Source of the DNA: Neoconidiobolus thromboides FSU 785
Taxonomy: Eukaryota; Fungi; Entomophthoromycota
Direction of reading: 5' to 3'
Assembly: GCA_025603075.1 (NCBI GenBank)
Contig: MU626292.1
Location: 78,790-142,789, forward strand
Length of the DNA stretch: 64,000 nt
The notes under the pieces are model-generated. The model searched no databases, was not told the DNA's origin, and saw nothing but the letters and a program-made list of their open reading frames with translations. Made by a program: the position numbers and the translations under genes. Within the stretch, counting starts at the first letter, position 1, and the number at the start of each line of letters is the position of its first letter. Shown here piece after piece: positions 23,751 to 37,711 of the stretch.

Positions 23751-23845
23751 GGGGATGTATTTTTTTGTTTAAGAACTTTACTAACAACCTTTCCGCTCAA
23801 ATAGCACTTAAAAAATGGAGAAAGTAAACTAAAAAAAACATCCCC
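23751..23845 (-). mobile_element. MITE family A copy
   Basis: GGGG...CCCC ends with AAAT on both flanks. Confidence 0.85.
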
Positions 23846-24648
23846 AAATATTAGAAATAACAAGCTACAAAGATTAAGTCATTTAAAAAACCTTTAAGAC
23901 TAAAAAAACATAGCTTGAGCTTTTATTTTTGAGAATTAAAAAAATTATTAATGCTTGGCTATAAGTATAGAAAAGTTTCAAAATTACATAGTAAATAATT
24001 TAATTATTTTAAAGTATTTATACATAATTAAAAAAAGAATACAATTTAAAAAAATATGGAACTTTTAAATCCAGATATAATAAAAATAATTATAATACAT
24101 AATTCAAAACAGTTAAATAAATTCATAAATAAATTAATTTTGACTTTACTAATAATGTTAGTTATTTTAATTAGATATTAATAAGTCGATTTAAATGCAA
24201 CAAATAGTAACCAACCACTTTTTGTATTTAATGTTAAATAATTGTTTGCTAAAATACTTGAATAAATTAATCTTTTATAGTTTGTTTTAATAGCTCTAAT
24301 ATCGTAAACTACAACAAACTCTATATATTTTAAGATTAAGTTTAGACTATAGTAAAATTACAAATAATAGACAAAAAAAATAAAAAATGAGAGATAAAAA
24401 GCCAACATGTCTAATAAATGATTGAAAGAGTTATAGAGCAAAACTAATAAGTTATTGCTGTTAGCTGACTAAAACTATAGATAGCTTGAGTTTTTATATT
24501 CTGATAATAATTAAGACATAAATATTGTTGGCTGCAAAAACTAAAGGGTTGGGATTCAAAAGTGCAAAGTTACTTCAAATAAAATTTGAAATCTGGAATC
24601 TAAAAAAGTAAAGTTAAAAAACCAAATAATCATTTTTTTATTTGAAAG

Positions 24649-27580
24649 ATGTCAGACTGTAGCGAAGTAAATAGAATAATAAAATGAGGTCCAAATGGAT
24701 AACTAACAATAAAAATAGTTTGATGAAATACCTGAGATTGATGATGATGTAATTCGTTTTCAAGAAATAGTAATTTTTATTAATTTAATTAGGACTTGAA
24801 ATTTCGACTTATTTCTAAAGATATTGGGAGTGAGTTGATATCCAAAAGCCCAAATTTAATTCCATATAGTCAGTTATTATGCGTTTCTAATAAAAAAGGA
24901 TATTATGTCTTTGGAATTAGAAAAAGTATTTTCGATAGTAAAATATTATTTTTGCAAATTAACTACTTTCTATTTAGATCTATATATAGCGGATTGTTAT
25001 ACCATACAATATGGAATAAGGAATCAAATGAAACTAAACAAGTTATTTAAGAAGATAAAGTTAGAGGGAATTAGTAAAATTGTAAGTGTTGCTTTAGGCT
25101 CTTTGGATACTCAGGTTATTGTTGGAACTGAAGATAATCAAATATTGTTTTTTGATGCTAAGCAATTATTAAATGAAGTAAGTTTGTCATTATTGAACTA
25201 TTAATCATCGTTTAGTTTCTTTTAGGATAACAATAAGCCAATTGATAGTATTAAGTTAAATAATTCGAGCTTTATTCAATTAGTATTAAATAATCCAAAA
25301 CAGTCTGAATATAACTTGGTCCTGTTGAAAAATAGGCAAATATTGTTATTCAATCAAAATGAAGAAATATGGAAGAAAGATGAGGTGTTTGCTGTAAATT
25401 GGACATATGATGGTACTCAGATTAGTATTGGAAATCAAGATTGTAGTTTAGCCATTTATGATTTGAAAGGGAATCAATTAAAGACGATTAAACCACCTAA
25501 TGTTATTGAAAGTGATTGGAAAGGTAAAGAGAATGATATTTTTATAAGATGAATCTTTACTGACTCATTTATTAGTAAATAAAATAGAATGGCTAAATAA
25601 AGCGTTAGTACTTGCTATTTATTATAATAAAATATACGAAGGTGATCAGCTAACGGATATTCAACAAAGTATTAGTATTATCAATATCCAAGATCAGGAT
25701 AATCCTGTATATACTAATTTTGAAAATTTATTCTTTACAACGATTAATGAGGAGGAAAAAGAGTATGAAGTTAAATTTGAAGTACAAAAGATTCAACACT
25801 ATAATGAAAAGTATGGAATGATATTAGTATTAGGATTTAATTATTATACCGATATCAAATTAATAGGATGTCAAAATGAAGATAGTAAATTTTATTCATT
25901 AGAATTAGACGAAAATAATTGCATCAATCTTCCAATGATGAAAGGTGAAGAACTAAAATTAGTTCAATTACAAATTGACTTTAATAATCATTATAAAATA
26001 CCAAATTTATCTAATGATTTGGATGATACTAATGGTATGCCTATTGTTCTTGTATTGAATTCTTCAGGTCGCTTACAGAGTTATGATATGCTATCCAGTG
26101 AGTTTTGCTCTAACCCAGAATTGAAATCAAAACTTATGCAACATTATAATGATAAAAGGAACCAACTTTTATTTGATTATGAAAAGTTTGAAAAGAAAAT
26201 TATTTCAATTGAAAGTATGAATACCCATAGTGATGATGATGACAATGAAAGTGAGGAAGAAGAACAAGAAGTAATTGAAGAAAAAGTTAAAGAGGTAGGA
26301 GAAGAGACAATTGAAGAAGCAATTAAAGAGGTAAGCGATGAAGATCATGAAGAAGAAGAAATAGGAAGCGAAATACAAAGAATGAAAATAGATGATTATT
26401 TTAAGAAAGAGATTAAAAAAGGAATCAAAGCAGTTCAACCTAATTTAGTTAAAAAAGAAGAAGGAGCATTTGTATTAGAAGAGGAAGTAAAAGATGATAT
26501 AAACGACATTGAAGATTATCTTAAATCCAAAGGATTGGACTTATTTAATGGTAAATTAATATTTTATTATTTATTATTTACTTAATATAATTTAGATTTT
26601 GATTCGGAGTTCAATAAGAAGTTTACATCTCCAGAGTTAGAAGATTCGAATGTAGTTATTTCATTCATTATTTTTAAATTTTTTAAATTTTATTTTATTT
26701 AGAAATTTAAAGAATACAGGGATTTTTTTATAAGGTTACAATTAGTAAGTATTAGTTTATCATTATATGGCCATCAATTAATAAAGATTTTATAGATTAA
26801 ACATAGTTTTGGACAGCATAAGCATGACTGGCAAAAGTACTACCAGTTAAATAGTAGAATTGATTATTTAGTTCATAAAATTGAAAAAATAGAGATTGAA
26901 ACGGAACAAAATTATAGAGATAGTTTTGATTTAATTGAGTATATACTCCATGTAAAAAATGACATTATAAAAAGTAACTTTATTATTATTATATTGTACT
27001 ACGTTAATTAAGTTTAATTTTAGTTAATAAGCAACTAACTTCAATTCAAACATTAATCTCTTCTTTAAATTCAAATAACACTACAACTTACTCTCACTCC
27101 TCCCCTGAATATCAATTTATTGTCACTTCTGGCTGTTTGGTAAGTTATTATACTATATTATATTATAATAATTCATTAATAAGTTAATAGAAATTAAATA
27201 AAGAAATAGCAGAAGTACATCGTTCTATCACTAACTATTACACCAGCATAGAAAATAACAAGTTTAATAAAACAATTGAAAGAAGAGAACATACACACTC
27301 AGTTAAAGAAATATTATGGAATATATTAAAGGATGTTAGTGAACTTCAATATATGATGGATTTAATTAAAGACAACAATGATAAGTTGGATTTTCACCAT
27401 ATGGATAGCCCCTCTATTAGATCTTTTTTAAATGCTTTTATAGAGTTTAATTTTAATTCTATCGATTTGGCTAAGGTTACAGAGTTTGAAAATAAAAAAG
27501 AATGGGCTGGAAAGTTTAAGGATAAAGTCGAAAAGTTAAATAAGGATTCGGAGCTTCCAATTTGGGAGATTAATAATTAG
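24649..27580 (+). CDS. Nup159/Nup214-like nucleoporin: N-terminal beta-propeller, acidic linker, coiled coil; no FG repeats seen (spliced)
   Basis: MSDCSE|FDEIPEIDDD|DLKFRLISK...QLLCVSNKKGYYVFG; VFAVNWTYDGTQISIGNQDCSLAIYDLKGNQLKTIKPP, which resembles the Nup214 W-S-P-K-G-K-Q blade; then an E/D-rich region and helical C-terminal exons. Confidence 0.72.
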
Positions 27581-27779
27581 AAGGTTGCACAGATTTTCAT
27601 CCTTTTTTACTCCTTCTTATACACTAATAAAAATAAATTTAAACTGTTGTTTGTCTCTTCTATTGTGCTATAATAAGAACTAAGATTATTCAAAAATGCT
27701 ATAAATTTTCGTTCAAATAACAGTAATGAAAATTAAAAAGGCTAAATTTAATAATACAATTTAGATTTTATTTTTTTGC

Positions 27780-28505
27780 TTAAAACTCGGCTTGAAAATC
27801 TTTAGAAATTTCAATGATTGAACGATGCTGATGGTTATTCCCGCTACGCTTTGAAGGTAAAGTAGAATATTTACTATTCGAATCTCGGTAATGACGTGGA
27901 AAAATACCACTACGTAAGCTACCAAGCTCTTTAGCTAATTGTCGGGAAGACCAACCTTCAAACCCAATGGTAGGGTCTGGGGTATAACTGTAAGCTCTAA
28001 AGATATTATGCTGATTTGAGTTGTTACTATTTGATGAGTGATGGTTTTGATTATATTTCTTTTTTACACTGTCTGGTCTTGTGATGGATAATAACTCTGA
28101 AAGTACTAAGTTTTCTTCGTTATTAAATTCATAATTGATCAAGTTGCTTTCCGATGCTCCTTCTTTTTCCTTGTCTTCTTCTATAGGCTCTTCATTATAA
28201 CTATCATGATAACTCATCATATTTTCACTATTTGTTTCAAAGATAATTGGTGGTGAAAACAACTTCCTTGGCGAGGGTGCTATAATATCATTGTCTTCGT
28301 TATTACTATTTAATTCAACACTATTCTTTTCCGAATATTGAAGGGAACGCTGTAATGCAAATGAACGAAGTAACGAAAGATCATTAGAATAATCTTTTGA
28401 ACCGATATTGGAAGTAGAAGCAGGGCGAAGTGGGAGGGTGAAAGAGGGTAATTCATTGTCCAATTGAGAGCTAGTTGAAAAGGCTGGGTGAAGTAAAGTG
28501 GACAT
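27780..28505 (-). CDS. Hypothetical disordered Ser/Asn/Glu-rich protein
   Basis: 241-codon ATG-started intronless ORF; no family recognised. Confidence 0.65.
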   Translation of the reverse strand: MSTLLHPAFSTSSQLDNELPSFTLPLRPASTSNIGSKDYSNDLSLLRSFALQRSLQYSEKNSVELNSNNEDNDIIAPSPRKLFSPPIIFETNSENMMSYHDSYNEEPIEEDKEKEGASESNLINYEFNNEENLVLSELLSITRPDSVKKKYNQNHHSSNSNNSNQHNIFRAYSYTPDPTIGFEGWSSRQLAKELGSLRSGIFPRHYRDSNSKYSTLPSKRSGNNHQHRSIIEISKDFQAEF

Positions 28506-30469
28506 TTTGTTTTAAGTTTAGATTGAAGCAGTTAATATTAGGTAAATACTGGTTAAAGTTGATTTTTAGAATTACAATTAATATTGTTTATACAAAAAAT
28601 TGAGCGGATTTATACAGTTGATGAAATGAGATGATATTTTCCTTAACCTGAGGTTGAATGTGATGAGTCTATTTTTAAACAAGGATTTTTTAATAGTTAG
28701 ACACTAAGAGTACAGTATGATGGCAAAATACAGATGGTATAAATTTTGATAAAAAGTGTTGGTGTTTTTAAACTTTTGAAAGGGAAGTAAGAGAACTAAA
28801 AGAAGGGTCTATTAAAATTAAAAAAAGATTAAGTAATATAAAAGGAGAATCAAAAATTAGGGATTAAAAACTAAGAGGTACAGGGGCTGTGGTTCTCTTT
28901 AAGAACTTATTGGTTATTTAAAAAAATAAAACTAACTTTCCGTTAAATAAAAGTTAAAAATAACAAAAGTTAAAAATAGAACGTGGACGTTGAAATACTT
29001 TTGTTGAAAAATAGAAATGGCTTCAAGGAGAAATATTGAATTTAAACTTGATAAACTTTTAAGCTAAATGGGATAAAATCAAATCCGTTAAAAAAATAAA
29101 GTTCACTTTTTTAAAAAAAATAGCTGATTTAATAAGTAAAAGATGTTGCTTTTATACTTGAATCTTACATTACGCCTTAATATACCTAGTTTGCCCTTTT
29201 AACCAATCATTACCTCTTTTATGAAACTTCCTGAAAATGTTGTGTTTAGATCAACCAATGATCTTCAATTTATTTTTCTATTAAATGCTTGTTTCACAAA
29301 TTAATTTACTTTTGAAATAATATGATATTTTGACATTTAAGTTCAACTAATATTATAAAATATATAATAATACCAATATTGATATGTCTAAAACATATAG
29401 CTTATAAGCAATTTATTAGTAGCTTGTATGCTATCATCATAACATTATTTCATTTTTGCTTAGTAGTAATTGATTAAGTTTAACCAGTTTTATTGCTAAC
29501 ATGCTTAAAATGATTAAATTTATAATTTGTCCTAACCTATCAAAAATGAACATTAAGAATAAATTTAAAACTCATAAAATACTGGTTATTTTTAGATTTT
29601 TACCACTAAAGATAAAAAATTTGGACAGTAAGCCCGGTTAAAATAATAAGATATAATAATTAAAATAATTATTTGTAATAGTACGATGTTATTTTGTTAT
29701 GTTAATAGTTATCTCATAATATGTAATTTTTAAACTACTATAAAAACTTAGTAAAAAATTGAGTAAATGCCTAGTAAAACAAAACTATTTAAAGCAAATA
29801 TTACTAACCACGTTTTATTTATGTAGTTATTTATAACTTATACCACTTGGATACTTTCTATTTATTATATAGGTTAATTTTTCTATACCCTTTTATGATA
29901 TTTTACTTTTATAATTAATTTCATTTTAAAAAACTAGAAATTATTAAATTTTTCTGATTATCAATCGAGTCTTAATTTATAAAAAAACTAGTTTTACCTT
30001 TGATGTTATCAAACCCCTAGCAAATAAACCCTATTTTAAATGGCAGTCTATATCAGTTTATGTTACTATTTTTAATAAAATCAAATTAAATCTATGAATA
30101 GGAATACATAATCAAATCCAGTGATAAGATTCAATTTATCTATACCTTGAATAGAAAATTGCCAAGATTAACGTCATCTGAGCTATAAGCAGGTTGAGTT
30201 CTAACTCTAAAGAAGTTCATGTTCCTCCTAAATGACCTTTGAGGCTATATAAATCGTTATCTCTCTTTAACTTAATAGAATATTCGCCCTTCTGGGTCTA
30301 AGATTTTCAAAAGAGTAATTAAATTTATGTACATTATTAACTATAACAATAAAAATTATTAAATAAAACACTTAAAGCACAGAAAAAATCCGTAATTAAA
30401 AACAATTATTTAATTTAATTTTTTAATTTTATATTCTCGTTTATACTTTAAAACTACCATCCCCTAAAC

Positions 30470-32037
30470 TTAGAAACGATTTTGACTCATATTACCACGT
30501 AAACGAGTGTAATCAGTCAAACATTCAACTGGACCATGACCAACAACGGCAACTTCACGATCCCAGAGATATTCACTAGCAACTCTGCGAACATCATCAG
30601 CAGTAAGTTTATCGATCTTAGAAGCAACTTCGCTTGGTTCGATACGAGATCCAGTAGTGATGATTTGACGAGCCATATCCTCGAAGGCTGGAGTGGTTCC
30701 ATCTAATGAGAATAAAAGGCCGGCTTTAAGTTGTTGTTTAGCACGGGCTACTTCACCATCAGTGACAGTGGTAGTTAAACGATTCCATTCATTGAGGGTG
30801 AAATGGACCAAATCATCAAGTTGTTTCTTGTTCTCTGAAATAAGATAGATGCCCCAAAGACCAGTATCTGAGTAAGAAGTATTGAAAGACATAAATGAGT
30901 TAGCAAGCTTATTCTTGGATACAATTTGGGAAAGGCGAGATGACAAAAAGTTAGATGATCCTAAACTACGATCCCAGTTTCCAATGAGAGAGCTCATTAA
31001 AAGCATGGTGAAATAATCTGGGGATCCCCAGCTTACACCTTCAACAGCAAGAGCAATGTGTGCAGCTTGTTGATCATCATGACGGATACGGACTTCAGAT
31101 CCTGAGAAATGAGGTTTAGTTTTGATAGCTGAGAGACCGGCTGGAGAATTAGCAGCTGGCATATTTGAGAAATGTTTGCTAGCAAGTTCAACTAATTCTT
31201 CATGAGCTACTGAGCCAGCACCAGCAAGGATGACACGTTCTGGCGAATAATTTTCACCAATATAAGCTTTGAGGTCTTGAGCTGAAATAGAGTTAATATT
31301 TTCCTTTGGTCCAAGAATGGTACGTCCAAGAGAGTGGCCTTGGAAAGCAGTTGCGTGAAGGTGATCAAATACAACTTCTTCAATATTTTTTTCAACTTCG
31401 ATTTGTTCAGTGAGGATAACATCACGTTCTCTTTCAATAGCCTTTGGATCAAAAGTTGATTTTTGTAAAATGTCACTAAGAATATCTACTGAGTTAGAAA
31501 CATCCTTTTTGTGGCACTTAGCATAATATACAGTTTGTTCGCGGGAAGTGTAAGCATTTAAGTGACCACCCATATTTTCAATAGCTAATTCGATATCTAA
31601 TTGACTACGAGTTTTGGTACCCTACGGTACATTTTCTTTAAAAAAGATTAAAAAATAAATGAAAATGAATTACTTTAAATGCCATATGTTCGAGGAAGTG
31701 AGCTGTACCATTATTTTTTTCATTTTCAGCACGGCTACCAGCATCAATCATGACACCAACAGTAGCAGTTTGAGAGTTTGGATGAGTTTCAGTGGCAACT
31801 GTAAGTCCATTAGGAAGAACAGTGACTTTAGTTCCTGGAGCTGAAGAAGCTGAACTGTGGGATGCAAGTCCAGCACGTACTAATTTTGCCGGAATTAAAG
31901 CCTTTATAATTTTGTTAATATTGGATACATTAAAATTGAATCATTATAATTCATAAATCATAATAAAAGATTGAAACAAAGAGTACCTTATTAAGCGTTG
32001 ATTTAAGGGCTGAGTTTGAAACTAAACGGAAAGCCAT
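30470..32037 (-). CDS. MAS1: Mitochondrial processing peptidase beta subunit / bc1 core protein I (spliced)
   Basis: Presequence [12 protein letters not shown]; [24 protein letters not shown]|GTK (HxxEH zinc motif); [12 protein letters not shown]; [12 protein letters not shown]. Confidence 0.96.
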
Positions 32038-32675
32038 AGTAATAAAAATCTATTGTTTATAATTTGGGTTTAGTGATATTGAATTTTAAGTTAGGTTAAA
32101 AAATTACTGAATCTAAAAGGAAAACCTAAAGAAATGATTAAATCTTGATCAAGATATAGATTAGACAAACTGTAAAATCTTCGATATTTGTAAAATCCCA
32201 TAATTACTGCTTATGATTGGCCAATCCTATCTCCTAGCTCATTTCTACTTTGCTTAAAATTTATGATTATCTTTCGAGTTCATCCAATCAAAATTCAAGA
32301 TGCTATTTAATCAAAACCAAAATCATATTGATACAAAATCATAGTGCTTTAAAGCGAATAGTTTAATAATATACTTTAAATGTAGTATAAAATAAAAACA
32401 AGGGTATAATAATATTTGAATTATTTATATTACATGAATTAAAGCTATATTTTATAAGATTTACAGAAACTTTAGAATAAAACATAAAACCAATTAGATA
32501 TGATGCAAAATATTTAATAGTTATTTAATTTCTAAGGAGAAGTAGGTTATTTTTATTCCTTAATTAGCTATCATGATAAGTTAAAACAAATTTAATAACA
32601 TTTTAATATTAGCAATTTAGAAGTCTATTACTAAAACTGACTGAATCTACATCGTATAAATACATCCCAGTTAGT

Positions 32676-33982
32676 TTACTGTTGTGCACATTGGACACCT
32701 GGACCTTGATGCATACCTTCTCCTTCCTCATCAATGCCTTCGTCAGCTCCTTCTGAACGTGATTTTTGTGTTGGATCTACATTGGTTAACATAACTTCTT
32801 CAGCTGAGCTATCATGGGCTGGGGAATTCTTTGGTGGGAGCAATTTTTCAAGCTGAGCAAGGTGCTCAGGTGTAGCCCATCCATTTTCAGGGAACTCAAC
32901 ATCGAAAGTGATGTAAAGATTACCATGTACATGATGACGGCGAGAAGGCATACCTTCACCTTCGATAGATTTGATTTCTCCTAATCACAATTAACAAAAA
33001 CAAAAATTAAATCGCTAAAATAAACTTACCATGTTTTATAGTTTCACCTGGGAGAATTGAAACTTCAAGTTTACGACCATCTAAATGTGTAATATGGAAA
33101 ATACCACCAGTAAGGGCAGCATTAAGAGAAATTTTTTTGTTCATAAAAAGATCATCTTTGCTTCTCTTGAAGATAGCATGTGGTTTTTCTTCAAGGATAA
33201 TCTCAACATCCCCTGGAATAGTTCCGGGTAAATGATTACCTTTACCTTCGAATTTAATAGTTTCTTGGTCCTTCATACCTTTATCGATATTGACCTCAAC
33301 AATTTCACGATCATTGACAACTTTTCCTCCTCTGCAGTCAGTACAACGATCTTTATCATTTATTAATTCTCCTTCACCTCGGCAATCAGTACATTGTTGT
33401 TGGAATTGTTGAATCATTGGTCCCATTTGACGAGTAATTAATCTAATACCTTGACCATGGCAGGCGCTACAAGTTTTAACTGATCCTTCTTTACCACCAC
33501 GTCCGTTACACCCTTTACATAATACTTGTTTAGAAATAGCAATTTTAGATACTTTGCCTTTATACAAATCTTCTAAAGAAATATTCATAGTATGATGAAT
33601 AGGCTTGCATTTACGTGGTCCACTTGGTTGACGACGTTGTTGGCCTCCAAACATACCACCTCCGCCAAATAATTGGGAGAAAAGGTCTTCGGCAGACATA
33701 CCATTACCACCATCGCCATTAAGACCTTCTTCACCATATCTATCATAAACCTCACGTTTTTGTGGGTCAGATAAGACTTCATAAGCATGAGAAATTTCCT
33801 TGAATCTTTCACCTTCGTTAGGGTTCTAAACAAATGAATATAATTCATTACTAATTTAATTAAAGATTTACCTTATCTGGATGGTACTTAAGAGCTAATT
33901 TACGATAGGCTTTTTTAAGCTCAGAATCGCTACTTTCAGGGTTTACGCCGAGTAAATCGTATAATTTAGTATCCTTTACCAT
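32676..33982 (-). CDS. YDJ1: Type I Hsp40/DnaJ co-chaperone (spliced)
   Basis: [13 protein letters not shown]...YHPDK J-domain, G/F region, four CxxCxGxG repeats, C-terminal CaaX motif CAQQ. Confidence 0.96.
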
Positions 33983-36072
33983 GTTGAATAAGTTGAATTC
34001 GCAATAGACAAATGTAAATTAAATAAAACTAACAAAAGCTAAACTTTTATGTTTTTTGAACTGACCAATTAAATTTCTAATCTCAATCACCCCAAATTTC
34101 ATTAGTTTTTATATCCAATCAATTTCGAGTTGATAAATTGGAACCCAAATTATCGATTTTTTTTCAAACTTTAATAATTTTAAGCTTGAGAGCTCCCTCT
34201 TAATTTGCTTGAATGTTGGTCAAAATTTACAAATTTGCAATTTCATTTGTTAACAAAACCTATATTTGGAAAGTACGCATTTATCGGTATCCAACTCAAT
34301 TATTCTAGTAAGTTCTATCACTTTCAACCATTATTCCTCAATTAGTTTTATATTACTAAGTTTTCTGTTGAAAAAAAGCGGATCTATTATTAGTAATGAC
34401 TTTAGTAAACATTTATAACATTAAATAACAATGTCAACATAATTTTTTAGTCCCTTAAAAATTAACTATACAAAATGTTTATTTAAATATAAAATTAATT
34501 TTGAAACAAACATTAGATAAACTAGTTTAATTTCAGATAATAGTAAAAATTAAACCTCTGCCCATAAAATCAGGGATACTATTAAATCTTATTTTTCAAT
34601 TCAAATTTCTAGAGTTTTAATTTTTATGAATCGAAAATCAATTGATAAGAAACCGGTATTAATATTATATTGAATATTACAATGTCCCAATTTCCAAATA
34701 TAATTAACTCTGAAGGCATTTAATGTACAATGGAAGTTTTTAATATTTTTTTTAATGTATTCAAGCGTTTCTTTTCCACTTATTTTTGTACAACTATTCA
34801 TGAGAAGATTTTTATTGTACCTGATTAATGTTTGTAAACTCTGAAACTATGGCTAAAAGTATAAGCTTACTCTTTAAACTAAGCTATAAATGTTAGATAG
34901 ACTAGACTAGCACACCTTTTTAATAAAGCGATTTTTTAACTTGATATGTATTTGTTTCATGGAAAAGGCAAAATATATTACCTATTGAGAAAATATAAAC
35001 TGTTATAAAATAAATTTTGGTAAGCATTTTGAAGTTGTACAAGTATTCTAACATCACTTCCGCCATTGAATCAATAAGTCATAAAGTAATCCTACTAAAG
35101 CTACGAGGTATATTTGAAAAATTTATATTATATAAATACTATGTCTATTATAGCTATAGTACTAAAAATCGAGCTTGTTTTAGCCTTAGTTATTTCAAAT
35201 GTACAAAGTCAAGAATTTTTAATTTGGTAAAACAGCATTATGATATAATTACTCTTTTAGATAAGAAAGTTAAAAAGTTGGTAATTTTTACGCACTCCTC
35301 ATGATCTATGATTAAAATACTTATTTGAGATTCAAATTAATCCTTTATAACATATTTCCTTTGAGCTAATTTAGCACCAAGGTAATATTAAATTTACGCC
35401 AAAGTATTCGATATTATAAATTTGTTTGATTTATTTTACAAAATTCCTCTTGCATTTATTTAATCTAGATTCTTTTTTTAGAAACACGTCTGGAACAACA
35501 TATTTGGTATAAAATTTTAAACTGAATTTTATTATTCTATTTAATTTTATTAAAAATACATTTAGAACATTTTATTAAAAAACACTAAATGTATTAAAAG
35601 TACGCTTCATTTATTTATAGCCTAAAATAATTCAAAATTAACAGGAATTGCTATGTATGATATAGTATATTTTCTAAAGTAAGGCTGTTAAGCCTACATT
35701 AATAAAAATAGTGTAATATCAAGCATTAAAAATCAATTGATAAAGCTGAAATTTTAATTCGGTTTAAATTAAAAAATGAGGGAATTGAACTTATTAAGGC
35801 TTTAAAGAGGTGATAAAAATGATAGAAATTTATTCAATCATTTTTTGTAAATAAACAAGGGTATTGGACTGCTTATACTTAAAACCAATAATGAGCAGCT
35901 TTTTCATGAATTTATATGTCATTAATCAGTTAATTACAGAGTATTACTTATGACACAATTTAGAACAACATAAAAAAGAATAGAATTATTTAAGAGTGTA
36001 TAATAACAAAACATATAAAATAAACGAAAATTCATTCCATAAATTCAATTTTAAAATAAAAATAAAAATAAA

Positions 36073-36483
36073 ATGATGCTAGAAAATGGACTAAAGAGAA
36101 TGAATCTAAGCTGGAGACATAAAATCGAAACAAAAGGAGAAGAAGAATGGATAAAACGACCAAAAAAAGAAATGAATGTTAATTCTAATACTACCTCCAG
36201 ATTATTAAAAAAACAACCTCAAGTTTGTCTAGCAACCACATCAATATGCAGTGAGAAAGCAAAAGAATATAAACCTTTAAATAAATCTTCATCTATCAAC
36301 TGTCTAAAAGCATTAGCATTAGCACCGAAATCAAAATTACCTATTACCATCTCTTGGCGTGAAGAGATCATTAACCTAAGACATAGCTTTTCATTAAATT
36401 ATTTATTAAAACAAGAAGAAATTATTGTTGATTTATGTCCTATTGAAGACGATATGTTCATCTCGGAAAGAGATTCCTTATAG
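36073..36483 (+). CDS. Hypothetical protein
   Basis: 136-codon ATG-started ORF with GC above its flanks; no family recognised. Confidence 0.45.
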   Translation: MMLENGLKRMNLSWRHKIETKGEEEWIKRPKKEMNVNSNTTSRLLKKQPQVCLATTSICSEKAKEYKPLNKSSSINCLKALALAPKSKLPITISWREEIINLRHSFSLNYLLKQEEIIVDLCPIEDDMFISERDSL

Positions 36484-37057
36484 CTGTGCTAAAGTTCCTT
36501 GTTTTTATTTATTCAACTAATCATTAAATTTCTTTCACCATAATAAAATTTAAAAATCAAATGTAATTATGACATTTTATAATAAAATTCAGGGTATTTT
36601 TTGAGAATTGTTATTCTCTATATTATATTTTTTGAGTTACCAATGTTACTGTAATAATTTTATAAATTATTAAGATTATTAAATACCACCGTTTATTAAT
36701 AATATTTCATTTATTATTTATAAGTATTGTTATTCAAGCTATATCTAAAAATAAAACAAATGGTTTGTTGACAAATTATTATAATAATTATTATTTAATA
36801 AGATGATTTTTTATTCAAAAAGGGTATTAATTTTAAATCAGTTTTTATCATTTAATATTTAAAAGTAGCACAATTAAACAAAGCTATTGTACTACAAGTG
36901 CATTTATCTTGTAGATTAACTTAATCGAATTAGCGATGCTTTATTAATATAAAAAAGGCAGTAATAATACTGTATATATTATAAACACATTATTTCGATA
37001 TAGCTTGCAATTGTTAGTTCCTCATAATCTCATCAAATCTAACAATGGAATAATACA

Positions 37058-37156
37058 GGGGATGTATTTTTGTATTTAAGAATTTTACTAACAATTTTTC
37101 TATTCAAATAGTGTTTAAAAAAGGAAAAAATGATGAAGCCAAAAAAAAACATCCCC
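37058..37156 (-). mobile_element. MITE family A copy
   Basis: GGGG...CCCC ends; flanks TACA/ATAA do not match. Confidence 0.82.
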
Positions 37157-37603
37157 ATAACTTACATCTGAATAGTTGCTGTTGATGTTACCAGGATCCA
37201 TACTTTTAGTATTTTAATACAAATAAAGAAAACACAAAAACATGTTTGTAATAGTGGGATTTATTAAGCTATCAATGTAGAATCACAGGAAAGCATTCAT
37301 AAAAAACCCTTATAGATTAATTATTGTGCAATTCATGCAAATAATAACCACAGATGTATAGAAGTTTAAGCATACAAAGCACAACCAATATGATATTTTT
37401 TTAAGAGTGTATTATGTGTGGGGTAAAACCCGATTCGTACATATGATATTTGGTGGTTTAATATATAGTCTTTTAATAGCTATTAAGAGTTAAGTAGTTT
37501 GTAATAGTATTAATGGTTAAAATTTTTCAAAAACTTTAATTTACAAATTGCTTTTATCTGTAATAATTTACTAGTAAAATAAAAATAATGGCCAAATGTG
37601 TGT

Positions 37604-37696
37604 AGGGATGTTCTTTTTGGCTTCATCACTTTTTCTATCTTTCAAGTGCTATTTAAGTGCAAAAATTGTAAAATTCTTAAACAAAAGTACATCCTC
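37604..37696 (+). mobile_element. MITE family A copy 15 bp past the F-box gene stop
   Basis: Family A core with a small internal deletion; eroded ends. Confidence 0.78.
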
Positions 37697-37711
37697 ATAT
37701 GCTACTACCAG

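Noticed and set aside
34601-35304. ORFs 34601-34801 and 35017-35304, plus 21333-21515, 39496-39678 and 42093-42278
   Set aside because: No recognisable motifs and composition like intergenic DNA. They could be decayed gene fragments, but I could not align them to anything in the window.
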